Source: Cladosporium halotolerans
Taxonomy: Eukaryota
DNA length: 64,000 nucleotides
NCBI RefSeq assembly: GCF_011745625.1
Contig: NW_027191469.1
Span: 372,001-436,000 of the forward strand
Reading direction: 5' to 3'
Below the pieces are notes generated by a model that worked only from the letters and a program-made list of their open reading frames with translations, was not told the DNA's origin and did not search any database. The position numbers and the translations under genes are program-made. Positions 23,645-35,055 of the stretch are shown here, in pieces (the stretch's first letter is position 1; every line of letters starts with the position of its first letter).

Positions 23645-24514
23645 TCAATCTCGATAAAGAGCTTCTAAATGGCCGACCATCTTACGCTTGAGCTCCAGCA
23701 TCTCAGTTTCGGTCAGCAGCCCGCTCCACTTCGGATAAGATGCAGACGGTACCGCGTTCGTAGCTTTCTGATCTTCCCCAACGATCAACTCGGAATTTGT
23801 GCCAAAGAAAGGCACGCCGAGGCCTTTAAGCTCCGCCGTCATCGCCGCGTCCATGTCCTGCAGAGCGGCATAGACCTTGCGGTCGAAACGCGCCAATTCA
23901 GCCTGCTTGTCCTCCTCCGACTGCGGCTCGACAGCAGAGCCAGTGGCGCCCTGGTTGAGTGATCGCAGGATCGACGACGCTTTGGCTGCTGAGTATGCCC
24001 GGCTGACCTGAGCGTGCTTAAGCGCCTGGCGCTCCTGGTACCAGCGCATTTCGTGCGCACGCTGGTCTTTGATCATCTACGTAGGAAAGAAAGGTCAATT
24101 GGCCCACGTACAATACAGAGAGAACCATTTCAAGCAGCTTACTCTACGGATACTGGCCTCGAACATTTTGTTCTGGGCAGCGATCTTAGTCACGCACCTC
24201 AACCCGTCTTGCCAGACCGTGATGGTGGCAGGGTCGATGATCGAAGGCGCCTGTGGTTGTGGAAGAGCCTGTGCGTGAGAAGGAGTGACAGATCGACTCT
24301 GGGTTCGGCCTCTCAAACGAGGATCGGTTGGAATGGCGTCGGCATTAGAATTCCGAGTTGCAGCAACTGTGTTGTTCTGCACTGCAACAGAAGCTGCACT
24401 GTCCAGCGCGTTTCCTTGCTCATTTGGAGCTGGTGGCGGTGCCTGAATAGATGCATTCTGCGAGTATTGAGCAAGGGTGGCCAGGATCGACTGCAGATCA
24501 GGTTGTTGTGCCAT
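23645..24514 (-). CDS. conserved fungal protein (DUF2458-like), spliced
   Basis: Intron 24077-24142 (GTAAGC..TTGAC..TAG) joins DPATITVWQDGLRCV..SIRR to MIKDQRAHEMRWYQER..ELKGLGVPFFG. Confidence 0.8.
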
Positions 24515-24854
24515 GACAACTCGAAGATGCAATGAAATCTTGCAATGTTGATTATTTTGGTCAATCAGAAAATATATCGCGTTGAAATCTTGCAATCCTT
24601 GAGTGCAGGTGCCGGGAGGTAGTCCGTTCCGCAAAGTGATTGCTGCCACTCCTAGGCGTTCGCCGATGTTGTGAAGCGCATCTCGGGGGTCCAAAATGCC
24701 AAGGCCGGCCAGAGGCAGGAAGCATCATCGGCGAAACTTTAGGAGGGACAGAGACAGCCAGGGCGTGCCATTGGAGGCCGTGAGAATCCATGACCAGCAA
24801 CACCGGCATCCTGACCTATACATATCCCAGGGAGCGACATCCGAAATAATCATC

Positions 24855-25661
24855 ATGCCGCGCTCACCATCAGATGCAACGCGCTTCACCTCCAACGGCC
24901 CTCCAAACGCAGCGCCCTCAGTAAATTCCGCCGGCTCGAGAATCAACTTCGGCGAGGCACCTCCGAACGAAACCGCACAGCAAAAGATCGCCCGTCTGCG
25001 CGCGGCGGCGGCCAACTCAAAGCGTGGGAAAGAAACTGGTTTCGATACTGTCGTACGAGTCGGCAGAGTATGGGCTGACCGCGCTCACAAGGCGACGGCC
25101 TTCGGCCTGATCGGGTTGACGATCGTGGCAGGTGTCGTGGCGACGGCGGGTATCACAGACATGTTGATGCACAACCGAAGAAGAAGGAATGAGTGGTTGG
25201 CCGAGAAGCGGGCGCAGAGTGCGGCCGAGCTGCTGGAAGCGAGGAGGGCACAGAGCGTTGGCACTGTCACTGAGGACCAGATGCTTTTGATCAATAGGGA
25301 GCGCGTGAGGGAGGAGGCGGAAGCAGAGAAGAAGAACCAGCCTGGCATGTTCAAGCGTGCTGGAAGTTATCTGTTTGGTGGGCTGGAGAAGGAAGAGCAG
25401 AAGGGCGGCAAGCTTGGTGCGGCGGCGGCGAAGGCAGGAGAAGCAGTGCAGCCTGTGAAGGAGCAACTCTTGGGCCAAAATGAGGATCCTGGTGTGCTGA
25501 AGTCCGTGGAGCAGAAAATTGAATCGAACAGGAGGCAGGGTGAACACATTGAGGAAATGATCAAGCCTCTAGGTGGACCTCTGGACCGACAAGCAGAATC
25601 AGCGGTCCAAGCAGCCACGAGCAGTGGGAAGAGCTGGACCAGCTGGCTTACCGGCCGATGA
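24855..25661 (+). CDS. cytochrome c oxidase assembly (COX14-like domain) protein
   Basis: MPRSPSDATRF start; GRVWADRAHKATAFGLIGLT TM segment followed by HNRRRRNEWL, as in filamentous-fungal COX14-domain proteins. Confidence 0.7.
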   Translation: MPRSPSDATRFTSNGPPNAAPSVNSAGSRINFGEAPPNETAQQKIARLRAAAANSKRGKETGFDTVVRVGRVWADRAHKATAFGLIGLTIVAGVVATAGITDMLMHNRRRRNEWLAEKRAQSAAELLEARRAQSVGTVTEDQMLLINRERVREEAEAEKKNQPGMFKRAGSYLFGGLEKEEQKGGKLGAAAAKAGEAVQPVKEQLLGQNEDPGVLKSVEQKIESNRRQGEHIEEMIKPLGGPLDRQAESAVQAATSSGKSWTSWLTGR

Positions 25662-26258
25662 ACGCAATATCGGAGGGCAATTTGAAAAGCGAAACGGCTG
25701 ACGATGGCTTGTAGCAGTGGCTGCTGCAGAACGATGTGTCTATACATCTCACTTCACGCATGGCGAGGCGCATGTAAGCATAGATCTTTTGTAAAATAGT
25801 TGACTGTACAGAACAGTGATGATCTAGTGTACAGGTATTGAAGAAATCGGTCTCTCTATTCAAAGAAATTCGCTGGGAATGTCAAGGTCTTCATGCGTCT
25901 CCAAGGCTTGTGTCGAAGCTGATAGTCCTTTTGTGCTTCGACGTCGGAATTCTCTACCTTACCATGTCCATGGTGTTCAGGCCTCCAGTCTTCTGGGACT
26001 ATGCTTGGACGATCTCGACAAGACCGCAGGCTTCTAGGTGCGCCTTTTCCCCTTATGCAAACTTCCTCTGGCTCTCGATCGACTGTCTCCGTTTGACATA
26101 AATTCGCAGCCTGTATCAGCTTTCACTCTGACCTTTTTCTCGCCACTACCTATCCCACACTCACCACATCCCAGCAGCACATTCAACCAGCATACCCCTC
26201 ACACATAATTGTTCAATCTATCATATTCAGGCTTCTATCAGGACTCGAACAAGGCATC

Positions 26259-28605
26259 ATGCCGACACAAACAATGGCCGGCCAAAGGTTTGCCATGATT
26301 CTCGTGAATATTACTCTCATAGTGGGACTCGTGTGCTTACTTGCTTCCCTATCACACCTTCTCTTGTCCAGTGGCAATCATGGCGTCTCTACGAAGATTT
26401 CGGTGCGCAGCACTGAGATCAACGAAACTGCCAGACTGGATTTCTTCGAGGCTCATAGCGACAGATTGAGTCTTACTGGCATAGCGAAGCGAGCGCTCAT
26501 TGCCCGCGATGGTACTGATTCAGAAGAAGACTCCGAAAGCTCTCAAGATGAGAAAATGCCTGATGCTCCGCCAGCGACTCCAGCAGGGCAGGGCAAAGAC
26601 ACCAAAAGCTCATCAGACGTGGAAATGCCCGACGCTCCTCAAGCGACTCCTCCAGGACAGGGCAATGCGCCCTCTTCTAGTGCTCCGAACCCCTCAGGAC
26701 AGCCTGGCTGGGTCAACCCCTTCGGACCTTTCCAGGGGGGCCCTCCGTCGGCCCTTGGAGTACCTTATGGGCAGCAGCGGGCCCCTCCTGGTTCGATTCC
26801 CGCGGGTCACCAACAAGGCTCCTATCGCTCGATGGAGAATCCCCAGCAGATCCCAGATTATTCCTTTTCCGGAGACCCAGGTCCCTCTTTTGATGACGGT
26901 TACACGGGTCCTCGTTTGCCATCTGAACTGGGTCTCACTGGACACCAAATACCTCCCTACGGTTACAATGATCCAAGGCTTCAGGCAGTGGCTCCCAACT
27001 TTCAATCGATTGCTGCTTCTGCGAGGCCTCTTGTTTATAATCCACAGCCTTTCATGGTAGGCTACCATTCCTGGTGTCACGCGGATCCCATGAATCAAGG
27101 GGCGCCTACTGGAGCTCAGCCAATGCCTGCGTATCCACCGCCCCAAGGCCGGGGAGTTCCTCATATGGCATCGGGAGCGCCTCCTGGAACCCAGCCCATG
27201 CCCGCATATCCACCACCTCAAGGGCGGGGAGTCCCCCATATGGCATCGGGAGCGCCTCCCGGGGCTCAACCAATGCCTGCACATCCACCGCCCCAAGCCC
27301 AGATAATCCCTCCCACCGTAGTAGGAGCTCCACCGCAAGCGGTCGCCATCGGCCAGAATGTACCTGCCAGCCCTCCCGCATCCTGGGTTCAGCTTGTCTT
27401 CCTGACCTGGAAGACGTATATCCCACTGATGTATGCAGACATCCAGGCAGCGAATCAAGCAATGACGGATCTCAAAAGGAGAAATGCCCCTCCTGGTGGT
27501 TGGCAAAAAGATAACTTGATGTGGTACCACACTGTTGAGTTAATGCGCAACAACCCTCACAAATCATACAAGTGGCGACAAGTACTTTGGGTTCAGTCGC
27601 AACCGCCTGGCGTTAGTTTGAGACCAGTCCAAGCTGCGCTCTCAAGGCTACGCCTACCGAATACAAACCAGCAGATCCATGTTCAGTCTTCGCTTGCTTC
27701 CCCAAAGATTTTGTGGCAGCAACAGCACCAATGGACCCTTCGGGTCAGTCCACAGCAGTTCGTAAGTTGATTTGAGAATTCAAAGGCCAGAGCCCCTGTG
27801 TTCCGGCGACATTATGCTGACATTTCCTTTCCAGCCGCCCACATATGCCAATCATCTTTTGGCATACGACCACGACAACGGAATAATTATTGTTTGTGAA
27901 AGACAAAGCATGAATCATATTGCCAATGGAATGCCACAGATAAAAGGCTTCATGGCCCAACATAGCTATGCGGGAAGGATCGATGATTGGCTTCCCCCCG
28001 CGTGGGATGAAGCAGTGCTCATTGCTTACGACTGGGAGCGTTTGCGCTTGGAAAAGTACCCCCAAGGTTCCGAACTACGCCAGCCTTTCTCTGAAGTTGC
28101 TCCGCTGCACTATATTGTGTTCCAATCGGTCCAACTCAGTGAAGATTCTCTTGGGGTTATCAAAGCGCTGCTCGAAAGTGCGTGTGGAAAAAACCAGAAC
28201 ACTATTCTCGCTGGGCCCCAAGGTGCCGTCTTTCGAATTGGGGACTATCAACACAGTGCGATTCTTGCCCTACCAGAGTTCGACTGGTTGATGCGGCTGC
28301 TGGTTGATCGAAAGACACAATTTGGCAGGAAGGTCTTATCAGAAGTTAGGATGTTCATTGGCGAAGGCGACAACGGAGACACGCCTAGCTTCATCTGGAC
28401 TCTCAGACAATCTGTTGACGTTAGTCTCAACGATGCTGCAATGCGGCATTACATGTTCATGAAAACGGCTCTGGAGAAGAAGATCGTTGACCAGGATACT
28501 TTTAATCAAGACCCAACGATGATGAGCATCTACAGAGAGGAACAAAAATTTATCAGGGAAGGCGGTCAAGCGTTTGATGGAATTCCACTTCCTGGAGTAG
28601 ATTGA
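26259..28605 (+). CDS. secreted or membrane-anchored hypothetical protein with Pro-rich tandem repeats and a globular C-terminal domain, spliced
   Basis: Hydrophobic N-terminus and a KR site. Phase-0 intron 27762-27834 (GTAAGT..GCTGAC..CAG) fuses the 503-aa and 277-aa ORFs (PQQF-PPTYAN). Confidence 0.75.
27100..27300 (+). repeat. 75-bp (25-aa) coding tandem repeat, ~2.7 copies
   Basis: GAP[TP]G[AT]QPMPA[YH]PPPQGRGVPHMAS repeated, with synonymous differences between copies. Confidence 0.9.
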
Positions 28606-31541
28606 CGGGCGGCATTCGGGAAATGATTGTGATTCTGGGGGGTTTTAGAGGCTTGATCTGCTTTCTCATGTACTATTTCAACATCAAACTCTCCCTTCTT
28701 CCTCCATCTCAAAATCTAAGAATCCGGTGCTGTACTCTCCTACATGTGTGCAAGCATGAATTGCCACTGGGAGAGACAGTTTTGGTGGGCTCGGAAAAGA
28801 GCATATAATCTCCCATCTCTCCGCTTTGCGAACCTCAACATAAGTGCTGCCTTCTCCTCGCAACTTGCAGCCTGGGAAAAACAACGTCATCAGACTTTCA
28901 CATGCGCATCAAAGCTTCTGCAGCTCCGATTTGAAAATTCAAAATGAGGTGCTACCTTCTCCTTCCGCACTCTGAACGCGCATTTTGGTTGGGAGAGACG
29001 AGCCGTCGCGAGTTCGGAACAAGCATGAAATACGCTTTCTCTAATTGAGCTGAGTCGAAGCCAGCATTCTCCGTCAAGCCTCTAGGGATAGACTTGGCTC
29101 TGGCAAAGCTGGTAGATTTGGTGTCTCTGAGTCCGTCTTGAGAACGAACATCTGGAAGCTCTGACGATCTCCTCTTTCCCTGTCCGAACATGCCTTACGA
29201 AACAGCCTGTTATCTTCTTCACTGTCTTGATGAGAAGAATTTCGTCCGCAGAGCCGACAGTCCCTGAGCCTTGATTGTAAATGAAAACAAAGGCTCGAAA
29301 ACGCCGTCACACTTTCTTTTCTCCAACTCGTAATCAAACCGTCAGCGGTATCATGCTACCTCCTACACTTGATGCCTCGCGATAGATTTCCATTGGCCAA
29401 ACAGAGACGTCAGGCTTCATATTGCACGAAATAAAGTTGTGTACCAGTTCCTGATCAAGGCGGGACAGCTGCCGATGACACACAGAATACCATGTGATTT
29501 GGTGATCAATGACTGCAAGCCCTCTGCCAGACTATTAGACAGGCTCGTTGCAACGCTAACGGATGTCTGCAGCGGCAAGTAAAGGCATCCGATATTTCAT
29601 TACTTGCGTGTCCCGAAAGCACGACCGAAGGTCTTTCTGTCAATCTTTTGGCGAACACAATCAGGCAGAGCTTGATCAACCTCGATTTCCGAGCGCGAAA
29701 CACTTGGACTCTATACAAGCGATACCCACGAGGTGGGTGACGAGCGAACTTCTTTGTAGTCCGTTGCCGTAGCACATGGCTCTCGGAGTTAGTAAACAGT
29801 ATGTTACGTTTGTCTCCAAAAAAAGTCTCATCATTCGGTTGATGAAAGCTCATGGCCCTCGGACTGCCTACGAGGATCTGTAGGTGGGCGTGGAAGAGTA
29901 CAGACTAGCCGCCACTTGTCTTCGTACGTCACAGGCAGGCGGCATTCCGCTCAAATATGCTCGTAGAAGACACGCAGATGATTGTGCACAACAGTTACAA
30001 AACTAACGTTTGGTCGCAGACCCCACTACTTATGGTCAAAGAGCTCTCATCGTTGGATGGGTAGTTTATTTTCGCAATTACCTATACAGCTCATTGGGAG
30101 GGCAGATCGGTGATGAAAGTATGAGGCCAACCGTTTATCTATGCATCAGTCTCCGCACCCCCAAACCGGAGCATGTTATGGTCTGTTAGGCTGGTCTGAA
30201 GGGATGGTTGATGACAGCAAGCCATGGTCGGTCACTCCGGTGCTGACAGTTCTGGGCTTAGCAGTGTGTCGTAATGGAGTTCTGCATGGGTCACGAATCC
30301 GACTTTTATGTGCTTGGTAGTGCGTGTGATGCCTCTAAACCCCCACGTAAAGTCGAATTCGACCATACATAAACTTGCATACCAGACCGTACAACAGAAT
30401 TGCCAACAGCCGCTAGCGTGGCAACCAGCCCGTACAATGGCAGCGTAAGAAAAGTACCAAGCGTGAATCTGATCTGGAGTACCAATGAAGATCTTACGGT
30501 CATCCGAGGTGAGGCAGAAACTGAGGGGTGCCCGGTGTCCTCTCATTTCGTCTCTCACTTCACAAACCATTGAAGTCAGGGATGATGCAATCGACAACTC
30601 ATACACACATACAGTTGACATCGGCGACAACGAAAAATGATCTGTCGGTGTCTTCTGTTGCACATCTCGCACTGAAATCCTGTTCCATAGCCACCAGAAA
30701 TTCTGTTGAATTACTTCCTCCCGCGATGTTCGCGCGCTTCGACACTTCTTAACTGGATCCGGGTTTCGGCGATACGCCGGTCGCTGAACACGCCTGATCT
30801 CAAAAAGGTCTCTCGAATCAGATGTGATCTAGGATTGTAATTCTAAGCAAAGGAGTGGATTGGGTCACCTTGCTTGCACAGCTCATTGCTTATGCGGCCG
30901 CTCAGCCTTGGAATACATTCACAAGGCAGCTGAGCTGACACACAGCTCTATGCGGGGTAGCAACATGCGGAGTAGTCGTGGCTCGGAACTGATGAATACT
31001 GTATAGTAGTTCTAGCGTTGAGGCCGATCAAGTCAGCTGCGATAGGGTCTATGCCGTCGTGCCTACGCCAGTCCATTTAAACAGAACATTTTGCAGACAA
31101 GCTCGACATAAGCCAGACAGCAAAGGTGAATTCATGGAACCTTAGTAAGTTTGGATATCTTCTGCCATTAATCAGCCTGACAGTAGACTCGGCATGTGAG
31201 CAAGCGCTGAACTCTCCAATGTTGTTTGCGCGAGCATCCTGGCCCCTACCCCTAGAGCATCACCAGTATTGCCGAGATGCACGCTGTGGCTGTTCGCTAA
31301 AGCGAGAAAAGTCAATACAGCTGTGTACCTTTGGTAGCTCTGATAGTTGGACATCGTCTATTGGAGCTCATGACATGGATAGAATTTACGTTTGATGCAA
31401 CCCTGGGTGTGTGAGGGACGCGAATTGCATTCGCAAGGCGGTTTGACCGATCGATCCGATCACTCCTCTTACCTCCAACCTACCAATACCTGGTGAGCTA
31501 TACTAAATGTGTAGCACGTAGCTGTCTGCGTCCGTGAATGC

Positions 31542-32927
31542 ATGATCTCCTGTCCCGCAACTCCGCTTACTGTTTTCATGGGGCAAAACGAACGTTCGAT
31601 CAAGACAAGAGTACTGCGAGACATGGCATCTACCAGACGAAGATTGTTGCCAGTCTTCTCTTTCATGCGCTTCATCAGTTGGCTAGTACCTTGGTCTTGG
31701 ATTCGTGATCCACGGGGCTACAGTCAGGGCCCAAAGGAGACCTCCACCCACCTAGAATCCGCGGCGTTGGACGAACAGACTGACGGGTATCTATCAGTGA
31801 GCAACGATGATCTGGAATATCTTACTCGAGGAGAGGCTGAGCAAATCATTGAACGGTTCAAGGAGATACCGCAAAGCTATGACAGATTGTTATTCTGGAC
31901 CGGCATTCCCAGAGAATGGGTCCAGCAATGGGCAGATGATCATGGCATGTTGACATTTACTTCGGCGATGGGCTACTTGATGGACCGTACGGACCCACGG
32001 TGTTTGAAGAGGGTTAAAAAGCTAAAACAATGGAGCAAGTATGTCAGAGGTGCATCTGGAATCTTTGCACGTTTTGCCTGCGGGCGTGGTATCATCAGAG
32101 TGTTGACGTTACCTCCTTCTTGGGCAGGATTCATTCGACCCCAGTCGACATATCGCACCATAGAGGAGCCTGTACTGAAAGGAACATCGGGATGCTGCTG
32201 TGCTGTGCAAATCAATACAGTGCATCTTTTGACAACGCTGGAGCAGCTAGAATATCAGACCTGGCCGGAGAATCACATACCAGAGGGGCTCAGATCTCCG
32301 GGAACAGGATCTTTCGACTTCAGAATTCCAAGATGGATTCGAAAAGCTGTGAAGGCTGCCACCGAGAGCTTGCGATCCAACGTTGTGAGGTTTACAGCTT
32401 TTCCAACTCCCAAGCCGGCCAATGCCAATATTGTGTCGGGCGGATCAGTCAGAAAGACTAGCGAAACACAGTCAGCTAAGCAACCGAAGGATGGCAAGCA
32501 ATCAGCGAGCAAGCCCAATGCACAAGGTAGTCTACAGCTGCAGAGCCAGCAACCACAGAGCAAGATACAGCAGCCGCTGAACCAGCAATCGTCGAGCAAA
32601 ACGCAGGAGCCGCGAAACCAGCAGCCGAAGAGCAAGAAGCAGTCGCAGAGTTCGCAGGTGCAGCGGCACTCGCAGAGTCAACAGCCGCAGAGCACAAAGC
32701 AACCACCACAGAGCAAGAAGCAACAGCCGCAAAACCAACAGCCGCAAAACCAACAGCCGCAAAACCAACAGCCGCAAAACCAACAGCCGCAAAACCATCA
32801 GCCGCAAACCCAACGGCCGCAAACCCCACGGCCGCAGAGCACAAAGCAACTACCACCGGCGAAGAAGCAAAAGCCGCAAAATCAACAGCCACAGAGCAAG
32901 AAGCAGCAGTCACAGAACCAGCGGTAA
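31542..32927 (+). CDS. putative ADP-ribosyl cyclase (CD38/ARC)-like domain protein with a Gln-rich repeat tail
   Basis: 461-aa ORF. The motifs LLFWTG, MLTFTSAMGYLMD, ASGIFARFAC, IIRVL and STYRTIE occur in the same order as CD38 motifs. C-terminus is Q/P/S/K/N repeats. Start codon uncertain; function inferred by eye. Confidence 0.65.
   Translation: MISCPATPLTVFMGQNERSIKTRVLRDMASTRRRLLPVFSFMRFISWLVPWSWIRDPRGYSQGPKETSTHLESAALDEQTDGYLSVSNDDLEYLTRGEAEQIIERFKEIPQSYDRLLFWTGIPREWVQQWADDHGMLTFTSAMGYLMDRTDPRCLKRVKKLKQWSKYVRGASGIFARFACGRGIIRVLTLPPSWAGFIRPQSTYRTIEEPVLKGTSGCCCAVQINTVHLLTTLEQLEYQTWPENHIPEGLRSPGTGSFDFRIPRWIRKAVKAATESLRSNVVRFTAFPTPKPANANIVSGGSVRKTSETQSAKQPKDGKQSASKPNAQGSLQLQSQQPQSKIQQPLNQQSSSKTQEPRNQQPKSKKQSQSSQVQRHSQSQQPQSTKQPPQSKKQQPQNQQPQNQQPQNQQPQNQQPQNHQPQTQRPQTPRPQSTKQLPPAKKQKPQNQQPQSKKQQSQNQR
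32721..32840 (+). repeat. 15-bp coding minisatellite (CAACAGCCGCAAAAC, QQPQN)
   Basis: Five perfect copies at 32721-32795, then three variants. Confidence 0.95.
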
Positions 32928-33345
32928 TCGAGTAGTACGACACAGCAGTCGCAAAGCCGACAGCTGCAGAGTAAGAAACAGCAGTCACAGAGCCAGCTAC
33001 CGCAGCCGCAGAGCAGGAAACAACCATCACGGAGCACCGGGTTTTGACCATTGAGCAGCAGACAGCCTCAACAGAGTGAACAGCAACAAAGCAGTAAGAA
33101 ATTGAGTTTCAAAGTCATAGAATAGCTGGAGAAGGAACCAAAGATGTATTTGCACCCAGGGAGGATCGGTAGGTGAGTCGTCAAAGCGAGTCGTTTATGG
33201 AGAAGCAGATATTGGCAGAAAGGCAATCTCACGCCCACCCCCCCGAGTCAACCGACCCACCAATCCCACGCCAGCACCGACCCTCCCGCCGCACGACTTG
33301 CCTGCCCCACACCAAGCGCCTCTTCTCGCACCACCACCCCAAACC

Positions 33346-34389
33346 ATGCCGTCCGACCATCACAACAACAACCACCACCACCACCACCACCACCACCACC
33401 ACCACCACACCTCCCGCTCCACGCGCCGCTCGCGCTCGCGCTCACCCCGCGACCGCCACCGCGACCACGATGTGAAACCCCGGCACCGCTCGCGCTCCCC
33501 GCGCGACCGCGAACGACGACACCACAACTCCCACCACCACACCTCCTCCTCCTCCAAAACCCACCAACCCGCCCTCCCCTTCTCCCAGTCCCCCCTCCGC
33601 CGCCACCACCTCCCGCGCTACCGCGCCCTCTTCGCCTCCTACCTCGAGCTGCAAAAGAACCTCGACATCTACACGCTAAGCGAGACAGAACTCAAAGGCC
33701 GCTGGAAGAGCTTCGTCGGCAAGTGGAACCGCGGCGAGCTGGCGGAGGGGTGGTACGAGCCTGGGACGAAAGAGCGCGCGGACGAGCGCGCGCGGGAATT
33801 CGAGCCTGTCGAGAGGGAGGCTGCGCCGGAGAGGAGGGTAGAGGCTGCGCCTGCAGAGGAAGACGAAGACGAGGACGACGAGGACGGTTTCGGCCCCGCG
33901 CTGCCGGCTGGCCAGAGGACGGGGCCTTCGGCGCCCACGAGGCAGGATCTGCGAGAGAGGGAGGAGGCGGCTGGGGAGGAGCGGGCGGCGGCTAGGGCGG
34001 ATGTGCGATTTGAGCGGAAAGCTGACCGACGGGCGCAGAGAGAGCGGTTGGAGGAGCTGGTGCCGAGGGCGGAGCCGGGGTCGCGGGAGAGGCAGCTGGA
34101 GAAGAAGCGGGATGCTGCGGCGGCGAATAGGGCGTTTGCGGAGGGGAGGGAGGCGGGCGGGGCGGCGGAGGTGCCGGAGGCGGATGTCATGGGGGGTGGG
34201 GATGGGGTTGAGGAGTATAAGAAGCAGGTGGGCGAGAGGCAGAGGGCGAAGAATGAGCGGGAGGTGAGGAAGGAGGAGCAGTTGAGGGCGAGGGAGGTGG
34301 AGAGGGAGGAGAGGTTGGCGGAGCATAGGAGGAAGGAGGATAAGACGATGGAGATGTTGAGGGCGTTGGCGCAGCAGAGGTATGGGTGA
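33346..34389 (+). CDS. conserved fungal RS/His-rich, charged nuclear protein (possibly splicing-associated)
   Basis: RSRSP repeats and poly-His, conserved-looking WKSFVGKWNRGELAEGWY and ERLEELVPRAEPGSRERQLEKK, ending LRALAQQRYG. Likely ATG at 33346. Confidence 0.85.
   Translation: MPSDHHNNNHHHHHHHHHHHHTSRSTRRSRSRSPRDRHRDHDVKPRHRSRSPRDRERRHHNSHHHTSSSSKTHQPALPFSQSPLRRHHLPRYRALFASYLELQKNLDIYTLSETELKGRWKSFVGKWNRGELAEGWYEPGTKERADERAREFEPVEREAAPERRVEAAPAEEDEDEDDEDGFGPALPAGQRTGPSAPTRQDLREREEAAGEERAAARADVRFERKADRRAQRERLEELVPRAEPGSRERQLEKKRDAAAANRAFAEGREAGGAAEVPEADVMGGGDGVEEYKKQVGERQRAKNEREVRKEEQLRAREVEREERLAEHRRKEDKTMEMLRALAQQRYG
33371..33408 (+). repeat. (CAC)n microsatellite encoding poly-His
   Basis: About 12 CAC units seen directly. 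Confidence 0.9.
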
Positions 34390-34614
34390 GGGAGGGTGGT
34401 ATTGATATTGAGCAGATTGTTCTTATCGAAGTGTACAGTATTCCTGCCGGCAGCATCGCATTTCACAGCATCGTCCACCGATAACCTGCCCACGAACATT
34501 TTCTCATTGAGGTAAATGTCATCCAGACTCCGAAGTCCTCGCCACTCCCTCCCCCGCGCCGCTCGACAGACTAGGCTCATCAGTCAACGACCATCCGCAC
34601 CCTTCTCCCAGCTC

Positions 34615-35055
34615 TCAAACACCAAAATCTCCTCCCTTAACCCTCCTCCACCTCCTCCTCCGCCTCCTCCCTCCGTCAACAGCCTCGAAAAGAACGCCAC
34701 CATCACTCCTACCCTTTCTCCTCTTCCTCCCCCTCCCCATCTCCCGTCTAGTAACAACCTCGCAAAGAACCCCACACTCCCCCACGACCCTCGCCACCTC
34801 CGCAAGCGCCTCTCTCGCTTCCCGCCGCACAATCTTCCGCAGCTCGCGAGCTTCCTGCGCAGTGTAGGGCATGTATTGCAGGACTGCCAGGCGGGAGGCT
34901 GTGGCGGAGAGGAAGGTTGCGAGGGATGTTGTTTTTTGCAGGAGGAATCGCAACGGCGTCATGCGAAAGGGGAGGGGCGGCGTGCTGGCGGTGGGAGGAG
35001 GGATTGAGGGGTTGGGCGGAGGGGCGAGGCGGAGGCGGAGGCGGAGGGTGGGCAT
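34615..35055 (-). CDS. possible small basic hypothetical protein
   Basis: MPTLRLRLRL..ARELRKIVRREAREALAEVARVV. C-rich start and G-rich end on the coding strand, like neighbouring genes. No family recognised. Confidence 0.3.
   Translation of the reverse strand: MPTLRLRLRLAPPPNPSIPPPTASTPPLPFRMTPLRFLLQKTTSLATFLSATASRLAVLQYMPYTAQEARELRKIVRREAREALAEVARVVGECGVLCEVVTRREMGRGRKRRKGRSDGGVLFEAVDGGRRRRRRWRRVKGGDFGV

Noticed and set aside
28700..31500. Short ORFs at 29506-29853 and 30232-30672
   Set aside because: I could not build a consistent spliced model or recognise a family; left unannotated.
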